This document shows, piece by piece, positions 21,588 to 31,508 of a stretch of DNA of 64,000 nt. Location: assembly GCA_963710375.1 (NCBI GenBank), contig CAVPZX010000008.1, positions 265,138 to 329,137 of the forward strand. Reading direction: 5' to 3'. The stretch is from Nitrospirota bacterium. GTDB taxonomy: Bacteria > Nitrospirota > Thermodesulfovibrionia > Thermodesulfovibrionales > Dissulfurispiraceae. How positions within the stretch are numbered: the first letter of the stretch is position 1; every line of letters starts with the position of its first letter. A program made the position numbers and the translations under genes. The notes under the pieces are model-generated. The model worked only from the letters and a program-made list of their open reading frames with translations. It ran no database searches and was not told the origin of the DNA.

Positions 21588-24500
21588 ATGAAACCACTAA
21601 TGCCTCCGGGAGCAAGGCTTTTCGGACGTCATCCTGATCTTCTGCATTTATTGAATAGGGTCACTGGAAGTGGGCTGACCGTTGTCTCCGGACGCCCAAG
21701 GATCGGTAAGACCTGGCTGATCAGGACTCTCTGCGACAATCTCGCCTCCACAAAAAACTGTCTCATAGGATATTGTGCAACCACTAGCGAGTCTGATGTT
21801 ATGGGCCAATCCCTCTCAAATCTCTATTTCCGCTGGCTGGAGGATGCCACCTACCGGGAGCAGGCCCGAAGCCTGTACGAGAGGCACAAGGGAAAACTGA
21901 CCGAAAAGGTAGGAACTTTCATTGGCGGGCTTTTCTCAAAGGCAGTACCTATTGTAGGAGATGCCGTAGAAAAGGGGATGCTGGCGCTCAAAAGCCTATC
22001 CGAAGACATGCGGATTGGAGGTATGCAGTTTGCCACTGTTCCCTATGAGACTGTGCATGACCTTGTCACCTCCCTGAGCACGATCATGGAAGGTCGCCCC
22101 ATTCTCCTTGTCCTGGACGCCTGGGAGCAGGGACAAAACCCTAAAAGTGATTTCGGGACACTAAGAAAGTTCCTGAGCAACCTCTGGGACTGGCCGGATA
22201 ATTTTCACGTGATCGTCATCATCCGCGATGAACCTAAATATACGCCATATCGTGAATTGGCTGGGGAGCTGTGCATGTCCCCTGCCGCTGAACTATTCGA
22301 TCTGACTCCGATGCACCTCGATAACGATCCGGAAGAGGCTGACAGGGTTGTGAGATATATCCGTGAGCTAGCTCCTGGTGCGCAAAATATTGACGCCCGG
22401 GGGCTTCTGGAGATGGTGAACGAGAACCCGGCTGTTCTTGAGAACTGGGTAAATGCTGCGCCACAGACAGAGGCGGCGCTAAGAAATACCGCCGCCAATG
22501 CCCATAGCAATTCATATCCTGAACTGGAGGCGATACTGTTTGGATTGTTCAAGGAGAACAAGGACTATTTTACCGTTGCCGTCCGTCTGGCGGTTCTTTA
22601 TGAGTTTACTGCTGAATCTGGATGGGAGCCATTAGCTCCTATTGTTCTAAGCAATGCGCCTCAATATGGGCTTACTGAGCTGGAGAGCCAGGGCCTGTTG
22701 AAGGGACAGTCTCCACCGTCTTTTGGCCACACCACCCGGTATGAGGCAGCGCGGCGTTGTCTTTTTAATAATCAAAGCCTGAGGCCCTATGCCAGGGATA
22801 TTACATTTGACCTGATACGCATGATTTCCGGGCAGATAAGGCAGGTCATTGAAGACAATAGAGCCTTTGCATCGGCCTTGACAGTAATTCTTTCTCCGGC
22901 GGAAAAACTAGGGCTTACTGATTTTCAGTATTACCCCTGTGTCACGGCCCGCACATTGTTTGGATTGACCTTGAGCGAATCACACAAAAAACTCATACGA
23001 GAAAAAGCCATACTGACTGCCCAAAAAGTGCCGGAAACACGCACCCTTGTTGCCGTGGGGCTGTTCAACACTCTCAATGAAGCCAAAGAGGAGAATGATC
23101 TTCCGCGCAGGGACGCACTGCTTGATGAGCTCGACAGACTGCACACTGCCTATCCTGATGACAGCACTGTTAGAGAAAATCTCGCCAAGGGGCTTTACAA
23201 CACCCTCTTTGACGCCAAGGCGGAGAATGACTTTCCTCGCAGGAACACACTGCTTGATGAACTGAGACTACTGCAAGCTGCGTATCCTGATGACGCCGCT
23301 GTAAGGGAAAATCTCGCCACGGGGCTATACAAAACCCTCATTGACGCCAAGGCGGAGGATGACCTTCCGCACAGGGACGCACTGCTTGATGAGCTGAGAC
23401 AGCTGCACACTGCCTATCCTGACGACGCCGCTGTAAGGGAAAATCTCGCCACGGGGCTATACAAAACCCTCATTGACGCCAAGGCAGAGGATGACCTTCC
23501 TCGCAGGAACGCACTGCTTGACGAGCTGAGAGCTGCACACCGCCTATCCTGATGACACCGCTGTCAGTAAATACCTCGCCAAGGGGTTGTACAACACCCT
23601 CTTTGACGCCAAGGCGGAGAACGACTTTCCTCGCAGGAACACACTGCTTGATGAAATGAGACTACTGCACACTGCCTCTGATGATGCCGCTGTCAGGGAA
23701 AATCTCGCCAGGGAGCTATACAACGCCCTCATTGACGCCAAGGCAGAGGATGACCTTCCTCGCAGGAACGCACTGCTTGACGAGCTGAGACGGCTGCACA
23801 CCGCCTATCGTGATGACACCACTGTTAGAGAAAGACTCGCTAAGGGGCTTTACAACACCCTCAATGACGCCAAGGCAGAGGATGACCTTCCTCGCAGGAA
23901 CACTCTACTTGATGAGCTAAGACGGCTGCACTCAGCCTATCCTGATGACGCTGCTATCAGGGAAAATCTCGCCAGGGGGCTGTACAACACCCACATTGAC
24001 GCCAAGGCGGAGGACGACCTTCCTCACAGGAATATACTGCTTGACGAACTGAGACGGCTGCACACCGCCTATACTGATGACAGCACTGTTAGAGAAAATC
24101 TCGCCAAGGGGCTTTACAACACCCTCAACGATGCCAAGGCAGAGGATGACCTTCCTCGCAGGAACACACTGCTTGACGAGCTGAGGCGGCTGCACTCCGC
24201 CTATCCTGATGACGCCGCTGTCAAGGAATGCCTCGCCATGGGACTGTACAACACCCTCAATTACGCCAAGGCACAGGACGGCCTTCCTCGCAGGAACGCA
24301 CTGCTCGATGTGCTGAGGCAGACTGCACACCGCCTATCCTGATGACGCCGCTGTCAAGGAATGCCTCGCCATGGGACTGTACAACACCCTCAATTACGCC
24401 AAGACGGAGAACGACCTTCCTTGCAGGAATGCACTGCTTGATGAACTGAGACAGACTGCACACCGCCTATACTGATGACGCCGCTGTCAGAGAAAGACTC

Positions 24501-24911
24501 GCCAGGGGGCTGTACAACACCCTCAATTACGCCAAGGCGGAGGATGACCTTCCTCGCAGGAACGCACTGCTTTATGAGCTGAGGCAGCTGCACACCGCCT
24601 ATACTGATGACGCCGCTGTCAAGGAATGCCTCGCCAGGGGGCTGTACAACACCCTCGTTGACACCAAGGCGGAGGATGACCTTTTTCGCAGGAACGCACT
24701 GCTTGATGAGCTGAGACAGCTGCACACCGCTTATCCTGATGACGCCGCTGTCAAGGAATACCTCGCCAGGGGGCTGTACAACATCCTCGTTGACGCCAAG
24801 GCGGAGGATGACTTTCCTCGCAGGAACGCACTGCTTTATGAGCCGAGACGACTGCATGCCGCCTATCCTGATGACGACGCTGTCAGGGAATACCTCGCCA
24901 AGGCTGGTTAA
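21588..24911 (+). CDS. STAND-like P-loop ATPase with a C-terminal array of 44-aa helical repeats; interrupted by frameshifts (about 1107 aa if repaired)
   Basis: LFGR lead-in, Walker A GRPRIGKT, Walker B ILLVLDAWE, wHTH-like LTELESQGLL; the repeats continue past the 23552 stop in shifted frames to the TAA at 24909-24911. Confidence 0.75.
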
Positions 24912-24920
24912 CACCCTCTT
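23058..24920 (+). repeat. Coding tandem repeat: 14 full units of ~132 bp plus a partial 15th
   Basis: Unit starts counted at 23058, 23190, 23322, 23454, 23584, 23713, 23845, 23977, 24109, 24241, 24374, 24507, 24639, 24771; consensus GLYNTLxDAKAEDDLPRRNALLDELRxLHTAYPDDAAVRExLAx. Confidence 0.95.
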
Positions 24921-25053
24921 TGTCCTCGGACAGAAGACAACGGCAAGTGGATGAAAAAAAATATCAGGAGATTAAAAGGTTACAGGATGCCTCGGGGATA
25001 TTCTTTCATTTCCTTAGTGCGGCACTTCCTGCTATCAGCCGGGCGCTTGCTCT

Positions 25054-25431
25054 TTATTTCATCTTTAGTATTGCCCCGATCTTCTGACACAGGACCTCAG
25101 GTGTGAACGGCTTTACGATATAACCCGTTACTTTTTCACTGATGCACTCCTCCACGCTCCCTTTTGCCGTTGTCCCCGTCACCATGATAAACGGAAGTGT
25201 TGCAAGCGAAGGCGTGCTGCGCACCCATTTCAGAAGGTCAAGGCCGCTCAGTTCAGGCATTTCCCAATCGCAGAGCACAATATCAAAATGCTCGTTCTCG
25301 AGCTTCCTTTGTGCCTCCTTCCCGGTAGCGGCTTCGCGCACGATAATGCCAGGAAAGGCCTCGATAAGGCTGTCCTTGATAATGTCCCGCATCAGCACAG
25401 AGTCATCAGCAATAAGCAGCTTTGTCGTCAT
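25054..25431 (-). CDS. Single-domain response regulator (CheY-like)
   Basis: LLIADD, LCDWEMP, MVT, YIVKPF. Confidence 0.92.
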   Translation of the reverse strand: MTTKLLIADDSVLMRDIIKDSLIEAFPGIIVREAATGKEAQRKLENEHFDIVLCDWEMPELSGLDLLKWVRSTPSLATLPFIMVTGTTAKGSVEECISEKVTGYIVKPFTPEVLCQKIGAILKMK

Positions 25432-25625
25432 GTCCGTCTCTCCTCCTTCACGCTCTGGCGGTTGACCTATTGAATACTAAACACCCTCTAAGGAAATATT
25501 AGCATACTGATGTTGTTTTTACAGAAAAAATGCTGCTCTGCTAACTGTATAGCACGCGGGAACTAACGCTCGATCTAATATTGGAGGAAAAATGGATGAA
25601 ACAGTGGTGCATTTACGGGTGCTTG

Positions 25626-27164
25626 TCATCTCTTCTTCTGCCCCATCACTAACAGCGGTGCATGGTTAGAGGTAAAAAAGGGCGGCTCCCGTCTTATAAT
25701 CGGTGCAATTGCCGGATGCCGTTTAAAAGTACCATCCAGGAACTGTTTTACCCGCTTCCTGGACCATCCCTTCGGATGCCTGTAATCTGTATAAAGGGAC
25801 AGGTCTCCTTCATAAAATGTGCTTGTGCCGAATAACGCGGCATCGGGACTGCTTATCGGCATATTAAATAGAGCGATATTCAGGAAGCCGATATCCCTGC
25901 TGTGAGCAACTGTAAAATCCAATGTCTTTCGCGCCTCATCTTCAGACTCATACGGAGTACCGAATAGCAAATAGATGTAAGTCGCAATCCCGGATTCCGC
26001 AAGCGTTTTCAGCACGCGGGATACTGTTCCCAAATTAATGCCCTTCTGCATGTGGTCGAGCACTCCCTGATCCCCTGACTCAATCCCGAGCTTGAGCATG
26101 ACACAGCCTGAGCGTCTCAGAGACTCGCAAAAAGAGCGGTCAGCCAATTCCTCTCCAATTCTGGCAAAGCCGTACCACGGCATATCAGGCGGATTCTCGG
26201 ATAATGATTTCATGAGAGACAGGCTTACAGCATTATCAAGCAAATGGAGGAGCACCGGCTTCGTCTCCACATCCCGTCCAGTCATGTCCGCAATCTGACT
26301 TAGGGCCTGTTCGGCAGGTATAGGCCTGTATAAGTTTCCTTCAGAGCTCTCAGGGCAGAATGAGCACCTGCACCAGTAACAACCTTCCGAAGCGCTGTAA
26401 GGAAGGACCAAGCCAGGAGCAATGTAATCATTTCCGCTCACGAAACTGTAATCGGGCTTATAGTGCTCTTGCGGAACATCCACCCCGAACAAAGAAAGCA
26501 AAGGTCGTTCGCCAGGTCCGGCAATGATGTGATCTACTAATCCTGCAAAGGGATTCCGCCGATTCCAGCCCGGACTCTTCATCCAGGAGGTCACCAGACC
26601 TCCTCCAAGGCAGACGGTTATCCCCGGATATTCCTTTTTCAAAAAACCGATCATTGCAAAGGTACACAGGGCCTGGCTCAAAAAGGTGAGTGAAAATCCA
26701 ACGGTATCATCCCGGGCAGATTCCAGTGCTGTGCCGAGGCGGCCCTTAAAATAAGGGTAGAATGGATTTTCTTCCGGACTCTCCGCAGCCCTGAGGAGAT
26801 CGCTGCTTTTTACCGGAGAGAGTCCATAATGCCGGTAATTTGAAAGACTCAGTGTTACTTCTTTCTTGTCCAGGGATGATTCCAGAATACGGTTAATATC
26901 TGAGACTGCCCTCCGATAGCGTTCGGGATGGCTATAGATGTCCAGCGCCCTGAGAGAAGCAAGATGGTCCGAACGGTTCCTTAATGCACGGTGAGTCCAT
27001 GTATCAATCGATGTCTCAGGCCGGTGCAATAGATGCAGGATTCCCTCCAGGTTGGCATCCAGGACACTGCTTTGTATACCGTGTCCATTAAGGGCGCCCA
27101 AAAGTCTTGCTACGCCTGCAGGCGGTTCACAGGGTTTTGCAACCGGAGGATATATAAGAATCAT
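25626..27164 (-). CDS. Radical SAM protein with cobalamin-binding-like N-terminus
   Basis: ILIYPP...PPAG N-terminus; [23 protein letters not shown]. Confidence 0.85.
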   Translation of the reverse strand: MILIYPPVAKPCEPPAGVARLLGALNGHGIQSSVLDANLEGILHLLHRPETSIDTWTHRALRNRSDHLASLRALDIYSHPERYRRAVSDINRILESSLDKKEVTLSLSNYRHYGLSPVKSSDLLRAAESPEENPFYPYFKGRLGTALESARDDTVGFSLTFLSQALCTFAMIGFLKKEYPGITVCLGGGLVTSWMKSPGWNRRNPFAGLVDHIIAGPGERPLLSLFGVDVPQEHYKPDYSFVSGNDYIAPGLVLPYSASEGCYWCRCSFCPESSEGNLYRPIPAEQALSQIADMTGRDVETKPVLLHLLDNAVSLSLMKSLSENPPDMPWYGFARIGEELADRSFCESLRRSGCVMLKLGIESGDQGVLDHMQKGINLGTVSRVLKTLAESGIATYIYLLFGTPYESEDEARKTLDFTVAHSRDIGFLNIALFNMPISSPDAALFGTSTFYEGDLSLYTDYRHPKGWSRKRVKQFLDGTFKRHPAIAPIIRREPPFFTSNHAPLLVMGQKKR

Positions 27165-27475
27165 TTGATGAAAGAACAGCAGTAATCAGTCAGAGACGTT
27201 ACCCTGAGTTTGAATTTTGCGTTAGATGCAGCCTCAAACGACTCTCCCCCTTTGATCGTCTTCCATGTTTCTTCTCCGGGCAGCAACACCGCAAGTTCAC
27301 CAGAAAATATTTCCATCGACTCTTTATCCGCGGTTCCGAATTCATATTCGCCAGGCAGCATTATGCCTAGCGTTTTCTTTGATCCGTCACCAAAAACCAC
27401 TGTCCTGCTCGTGACCTTGCCGTCAAAATAGACATTCGCCTTTTTTACTACGGTTACGTTTTTGAATTCCGACAT
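27161..27475 (-). CDS. ppnP: Pyrimidine/purine nucleoside phosphorylase (DUF1255/YaiE)
   Basis: [33 protein letters not shown]. Confidence 0.9.
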   Translation of the reverse strand: MSEFKNVTVVKKANVYFDGKVTSRTVVFGDGSKKTLGIMLPGEYEFGTADKESMEIFSGELAVLLPGEETWKTIKGGESFEAASNAKFKLRVTSLTDYCCSFIK

Positions 27476-27647
27476 ATCAATTCTCCTTCGTGCTTTTCAG
27501 TTCATGAATGAAGCGCTTATTAATCTTAATTTATGACCCGGCATGTCATTACACTCTATCAGACGCGCATAGGAGCATTCAAGGGGGCCTTTCGGGCGCC
27601 GCTTTTTTGTGTTACAATTATACGGACAACTGAAAGGACATGCCAGA

Positions 27648-29441
27648 ATGAAACAGATACAATGGAATCTCAGACAACTCTTCGAGGGCGACAATGACCC
27701 TGAGATCGAAAAAGAAAGACAGCGCACAGAAGAGAAAAGCTACCGCTTTATAAACAAATGGAAAGACCGCACCGATTATCTTGAAGACCCGGCTGTTCTC
27801 AAACAGGCACTCGATGAATATGAAGTGTGGTCAGGAGATTGCGGGACCGATGGAAATGAGGGGTACTATTTCTGGCTGAGGACACAGCAGGACCAGAATG
27901 ACCCTGTGCTCAAAGCCAGGTTCAATCGGGTCGAAAACTTCAGCAGGACCATCCAGAACGACATACAATTTTTCCAGCTCCGCATAGCCAAAATCCCTTC
28001 CGGACAACAGAAAAAATTTCTCGACTACAACCGGTTAAGTGAGTATAAGCACTTTCTTGAGCGCATATTCGCCGAATCAAAGTACCTGCTGAGCGAGCCC
28101 GAGGAAAAGATTATGAACATGAAGTCATCGACCTCGTACTCAAACTGGATAAAAATGACTTCCGGTTTCCTTGCAAAAGAGCAAAGGACCGTCCTGCTTG
28201 AGGATAGCTCAAAAGGCAGCAAAAACATTTCAGAACTGTCAAGCCTTCTGGACAGCAAGATCAAAAAAGTGAGGGACTCTGCGGCAAAAGCTCTAAACGG
28301 CATTTTTGACAAATACATCGAGGTAGCGGAGGCGGAACTCAATTCTGTCCTCGCTAACAAAAAAACGGATGATGAACTGCGCGGCATTCTGCGTCCCGAT
28401 CTTTCGCGGCATATCAGCGACGACATCGGAAGCGAAATTGTAGACGCCCTCATCGACGCTGTATCGGGCAGGTTTGCTATAGCGCACCGTTTTTACGAAC
28501 TCAAGGCAAAGCTGCTGGGGCTTAAGAAACTGAAGTACCACGAGAGAAATATCGAGTACGGGGATATCGTAAAAAAGTATCCTTATAAAACCTCACTTAT
28601 GCTGGTCGAGAAGGTTTTTAAGGGCCTGGACCCGGAATTTTCCGAAATCCTGTCCATGTTTATAGAGAACGGCCGTTTCGACGTGTATCCTAGAAAGGGC
28701 AAGGGAAGTGGCGCCTTTTGCGCCCACCACCTTATTTCGCAGCCTACATATATTCTGGTCAACCATACAGATAAGCTGAATGATGTCCTTACACTGGCCC
28801 ATGAACTCGGGCACGGAATCAATAACGAGCTGATCAGAAAAAATCAAAATGCCCTGAATTTTGGCACTTCCACCGCAACTGCCGAAGTTGCAAGCACATT
28901 CATGGAGGATTTTGTACTACAGGAAGTGCTAAGAAAAGCCGATAACGAACTTAAGCTCGCCATGATGGTAAAAAAACTCAACGATGATGTCTCGACAATA
29001 TTCCGTCAGGTTGCCTGCTACTGTTTTGAGCAGGAACTCCATCGTGATTTCAGGAGCAAAGGCTATCTTTCAAAGGAAGATATAGGGGGTCTTTTCGTAA
29101 AGCACATGGCTGCCTACATGGGGTCTTTCGTAGAACAGTCCAAGGGATCGGAGAACTGGTGGATATACTGGAGTCATATCAGGTATTTCTTTTATGTGTA
29201 CTCCTATGCAAGCGGCCTGCTCATCTCCAAGTCACTTCAGCACTCAGTAAAGGAAAATCCCGCCTTCATCAGCCGTGTGAAGGGATTCCTCGCAGCCGGC
29301 CTCTCTGATTCACCGCAGAATATATTTAAACGGCTCGGCGTAGATATAACCGACAGCGGCTTCTGGAATAAGGGTCTTGATGAGGTGGAAGGATTGCTGG
29401 AAGAAACAACCGCTCTTGCGCGAAGACTGGGCAAAATATAG
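27648..29441 (+). CDS. Oligoendopeptidase F (peptidase M3B)
   Basis: WNL N-terminus, GKGSGAFC, TLAHELGHG (HExxH), AEVASTF, FYVYSYA. Confidence 0.92.
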   Translation: MKQIQWNLRQLFEGDNDPEIEKERQRTEEKSYRFINKWKDRTDYLEDPAVLKQALDEYEVWSGDCGTDGNEGYYFWLRTQQDQNDPVLKARFNRVENFSRTIQNDIQFFQLRIAKIPSGQQKKFLDYNRLSEYKHFLERIFAESKYLLSEPEEKIMNMKSSTSYSNWIKMTSGFLAKEQRTVLLEDSSKGSKNISELSSLLDSKIKKVRDSAAKALNGIFDKYIEVAEAELNSVLANKKTDDELRGILRPDLSRHISDDIGSEIVDALIDAVSGRFAIAHRFYELKAKLLGLKKLKYHERNIEYGDIVKKYPYKTSLMLVEKVFKGLDPEFSEILSMFIENGRFDVYPRKGKGSGAFCAHHLISQPTYILVNHTDKLNDVLTLAHELGHGINNELIRKNQNALNFGTSTATAEVASTFMEDFVLQEVLRKADNELKLAMMVKKLNDDVSTIFRQVACYCFEQELHRDFRSKGYLSKEDIGGLFVKHMAAYMGSFVEQSKGSENWWIYWSHIRYFFYVYSYASGLLISKSLQHSVKENPAFISRVKGFLAAGLSDSPQNIFKRLGVDITDSGFWNKGLDEVEGLLEETTALARRLGKI

Positions 29442-29517
29442 CCTTGTGGGAAATAAGGTTTTGATGTCGCACAGCCATCATCTTTAAAGAAGTCGAAACT
29501 GAGGAAAGGAAACGGAA

Positions 29518-30906
29518 ATGGAAGCTTCCCGGATCTTAAAAGACGGAAATATGGCCAGTGTGCTGGTAGTCGACGATGAGGCGATAATCAGAAAGGACTT
29601 TTGCAGCTTCCTGAGTGCAAACGGATTTGACACTCATGAGGCGTCGGCCGGCAAATCAGCCATAGAAAAGTTCAGCAAGGTAAATCCCATGTTGGTGCTG
29701 CTCGACCTCAACATGCCTGATATGGGCGGGATAGAAGTCCTGCAGGAGCTGAAGAAAAGAGATCCGGACGTTCCTGTGATAATAGTAACGGCATACGGCG
29801 ATATCCCGTCTGCGGTCAATGCAATAAAGCAAGGGGCCTATGATTTCCTGTCAAAACCGGTAGATTTCGAAAAGCTTTTGATGATAGTCAACAGGGCGAC
29901 TGAGAAAGCCATGCTTGCAAAGAGGGTGGACGAACTGAATAACGCCCTGCACTCATCCCTCGAATCCATTTTCGGCCGAAGCATTACCATTAAAGCTATA
30001 ATCGACAGTTTGTGCCAGATTGCCGCAACGGACTTCTCGGTAGTCATTCTTGGAGAGACAGGTACAGGAAAAACTTTTCTTGCCAATACGATTCACCACT
30101 TAAGCAAAAGAGCTCAGATGCCGTATGTAAAGGTGTCGATTGGAAGCATCCCTGATACGCTCATCGAAAGTGAACTTTTCGGCCATGAAAAGGGGGCCTT
30201 TACAGGAGCGGAAAAAATGAAGAACGGCTACTTCGAAGCTGCCAACACTGGAACGCTTTTTATAGATGACATAGATAACATCCCATCCCACGTCCAGGGA
30301 AAACTGCTTAGCTCAATTGAAGACAGAAAAATATTCCGTTTAGGCAGCACCGTCCCAATAGACCTTGATTTCAGGGTTATATGTGCAACCAATGTGGATT
30401 TATTGCAGGCTGTAAAGGAGGGAAAATTCAGGCAGGACCTTTACTATCGTCTAAGTGAGTTAGTTATACATATTCCGCCCCTGAGGGAAAGGAAAGACGA
30501 CATAGCATTTTTTGCCCAAAAGTTCATCGGGGATACGTGTTTGGAATTGAACAGACCTGAATATAAAATTCTCGAAAGCGCTATGAAAACTCTGCTGGAT
30601 TATTCCTGGCCCGGCAATTTAAGGCAACTTAAGAACGTGATAAGAAGGTCAGTGCTGCTGACTGCCGATGGTATGATAAAACCCGAAGATGTCAGTTTTT
30701 TAATGGAAAATAGAAATGAACCTGTAAAGGAATGGGGGGGCATTGACACTAAGGAAGGCCCTGTCCTCAGTGTCAAAGAGGCTGAGAAGATCGCCATTAA
30801 AAGAGCTCTTCTCCATACAGGAGGGCAGAAGCTCAAAGCGGCTTCCATTCTGCAAATAACCTATAAGACACTCGTAAAAAAAATGCAGGAATACAATATA
30901 CTGTAA
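29518..30906 (+). CDS. Sigma54-dependent response regulator (NtrC family)
   Basis: REC domain, GETGTGKT, ELFGHEKGAFTGA, WPGNLRQL, C-terminal Fis-type HTH. Confidence 0.95.
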   Translation: MEASRILKDGNMASVLVVDDEAIIRKDFCSFLSANGFDTHEASAGKSAIEKFSKVNPMLVLLDLNMPDMGGIEVLQELKKRDPDVPVIIVTAYGDIPSAVNAIKQGAYDFLSKPVDFEKLLMIVNRATEKAMLAKRVDELNNALHSSLESIFGRSITIKAIIDSLCQIAATDFSVVILGETGTGKTFLANTIHHLSKRAQMPYVKVSIGSIPDTLIESELFGHEKGAFTGAEKMKNGYFEAANTGTLFIDDIDNIPSHVQGKLLSSIEDRKIFRLGSTVPIDLDFRVICATNVDLLQAVKEGKFRQDLYYRLSELVIHIPPLRERKDDIAFFAQKFIGDTCLELNRPEYKILESAMKTLLDYSWPGNLRQLKNVIRRSVLLTADGMIKPEDVSFLMENRNEPVKEWGGIDTKEGPVLSVKEAEKIAIKRALLHTGGQKLKAASILQITYKTLVKKMQEYNIL

Positions 30907-31027
30907 TGAGTACGTATATTCCCATATACAATGGTAATATCTCCAACTTACAGGATTAATATAATAAATAACCTTAAAAATCATTTGGTATTTTCAGGTA
31001 TAAATATTGCAGAAGCATATTTTAACT

Positions 31028-31396
31028 ATGCCTGCGAGCGTTCAAAAAAGCATTCTTGTTGTAGACAGCGACCCTTATTATGGCAGCTTGATGATTTCAG
31101 CTCTCAGGTCGGTAGGCTTTTGCGCCCTGGCCTGCAACGAGAAGGAAGCTCTTATTACTATAAAAAAATCACTTTTCGATTTGGTGATTCTGGATATGGG
31201 CATGTTCTCTATTTCTGCTAGACAGTTATTAATGACAATACGGCGAAAAGAGACAGCCATACCTGTTTTTACGGTGGCCGACCCTGCAGACAAGATGTTT
31301 GTAATCGATTTGCTTAGAAACGGACACAAAGACTTTTTAGAAAACTATATGGCTGTAGAGCAGGAAGAACGAAAGCAGCTGGACATATTTAATTGA
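31028..31396 (+). CDS. Atypical receiver-domain protein
   Basis: ILVVDSD and LVILD present, but the conserved Lys-Pro is apparently replaced (DFLEN). Confidence 0.65.
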   Translation: MPASVQKSILVVDSDPYYGSLMISALRSVGFCALACNEKEALITIKKSLFDLVILDMGMFSISARQLLMTIRRKETAIPVFTVADPADKMFVIDLLRNGHKDFLENYMAVEQEERKQLDIFN

Positions 31397-31508
31397 GTCG
31401 ACCAATAGCCGGTATGACGGTCGAATTCAATAATAATATTGTCCGGAAGATTACGGGCTCGCAAACCCTACCGGACAACACGGCGTGAATTAAAAAGAGA
31501 TATTGGTT

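Noticed and set aside
22931..24914. Repetitive minus-strand ORFs (MCSLSSSS..., QCVPARKV...)
   Set aside because: Antisense shadows of the coding repeat.
23058..24920. Tandem array as a CRISPR array
   Set aside because: Units are contiguous 132-bp coding repeats with no unique spacers, and no cas genes are present.
23058..24920. Diversity-generating retroelement target (many changes fall at A positions of AAT/AAG codons)
   Set aside because: No reverse transcriptase, template repeat or Avd gene in the window, and many non-adenine substitutions also occur.
27583..27608. Intrinsic terminator-like GC stretch followed by a T-run
   Set aside because: The stem is imperfect and it lies between divergent genes, where no transcript needs terminating.
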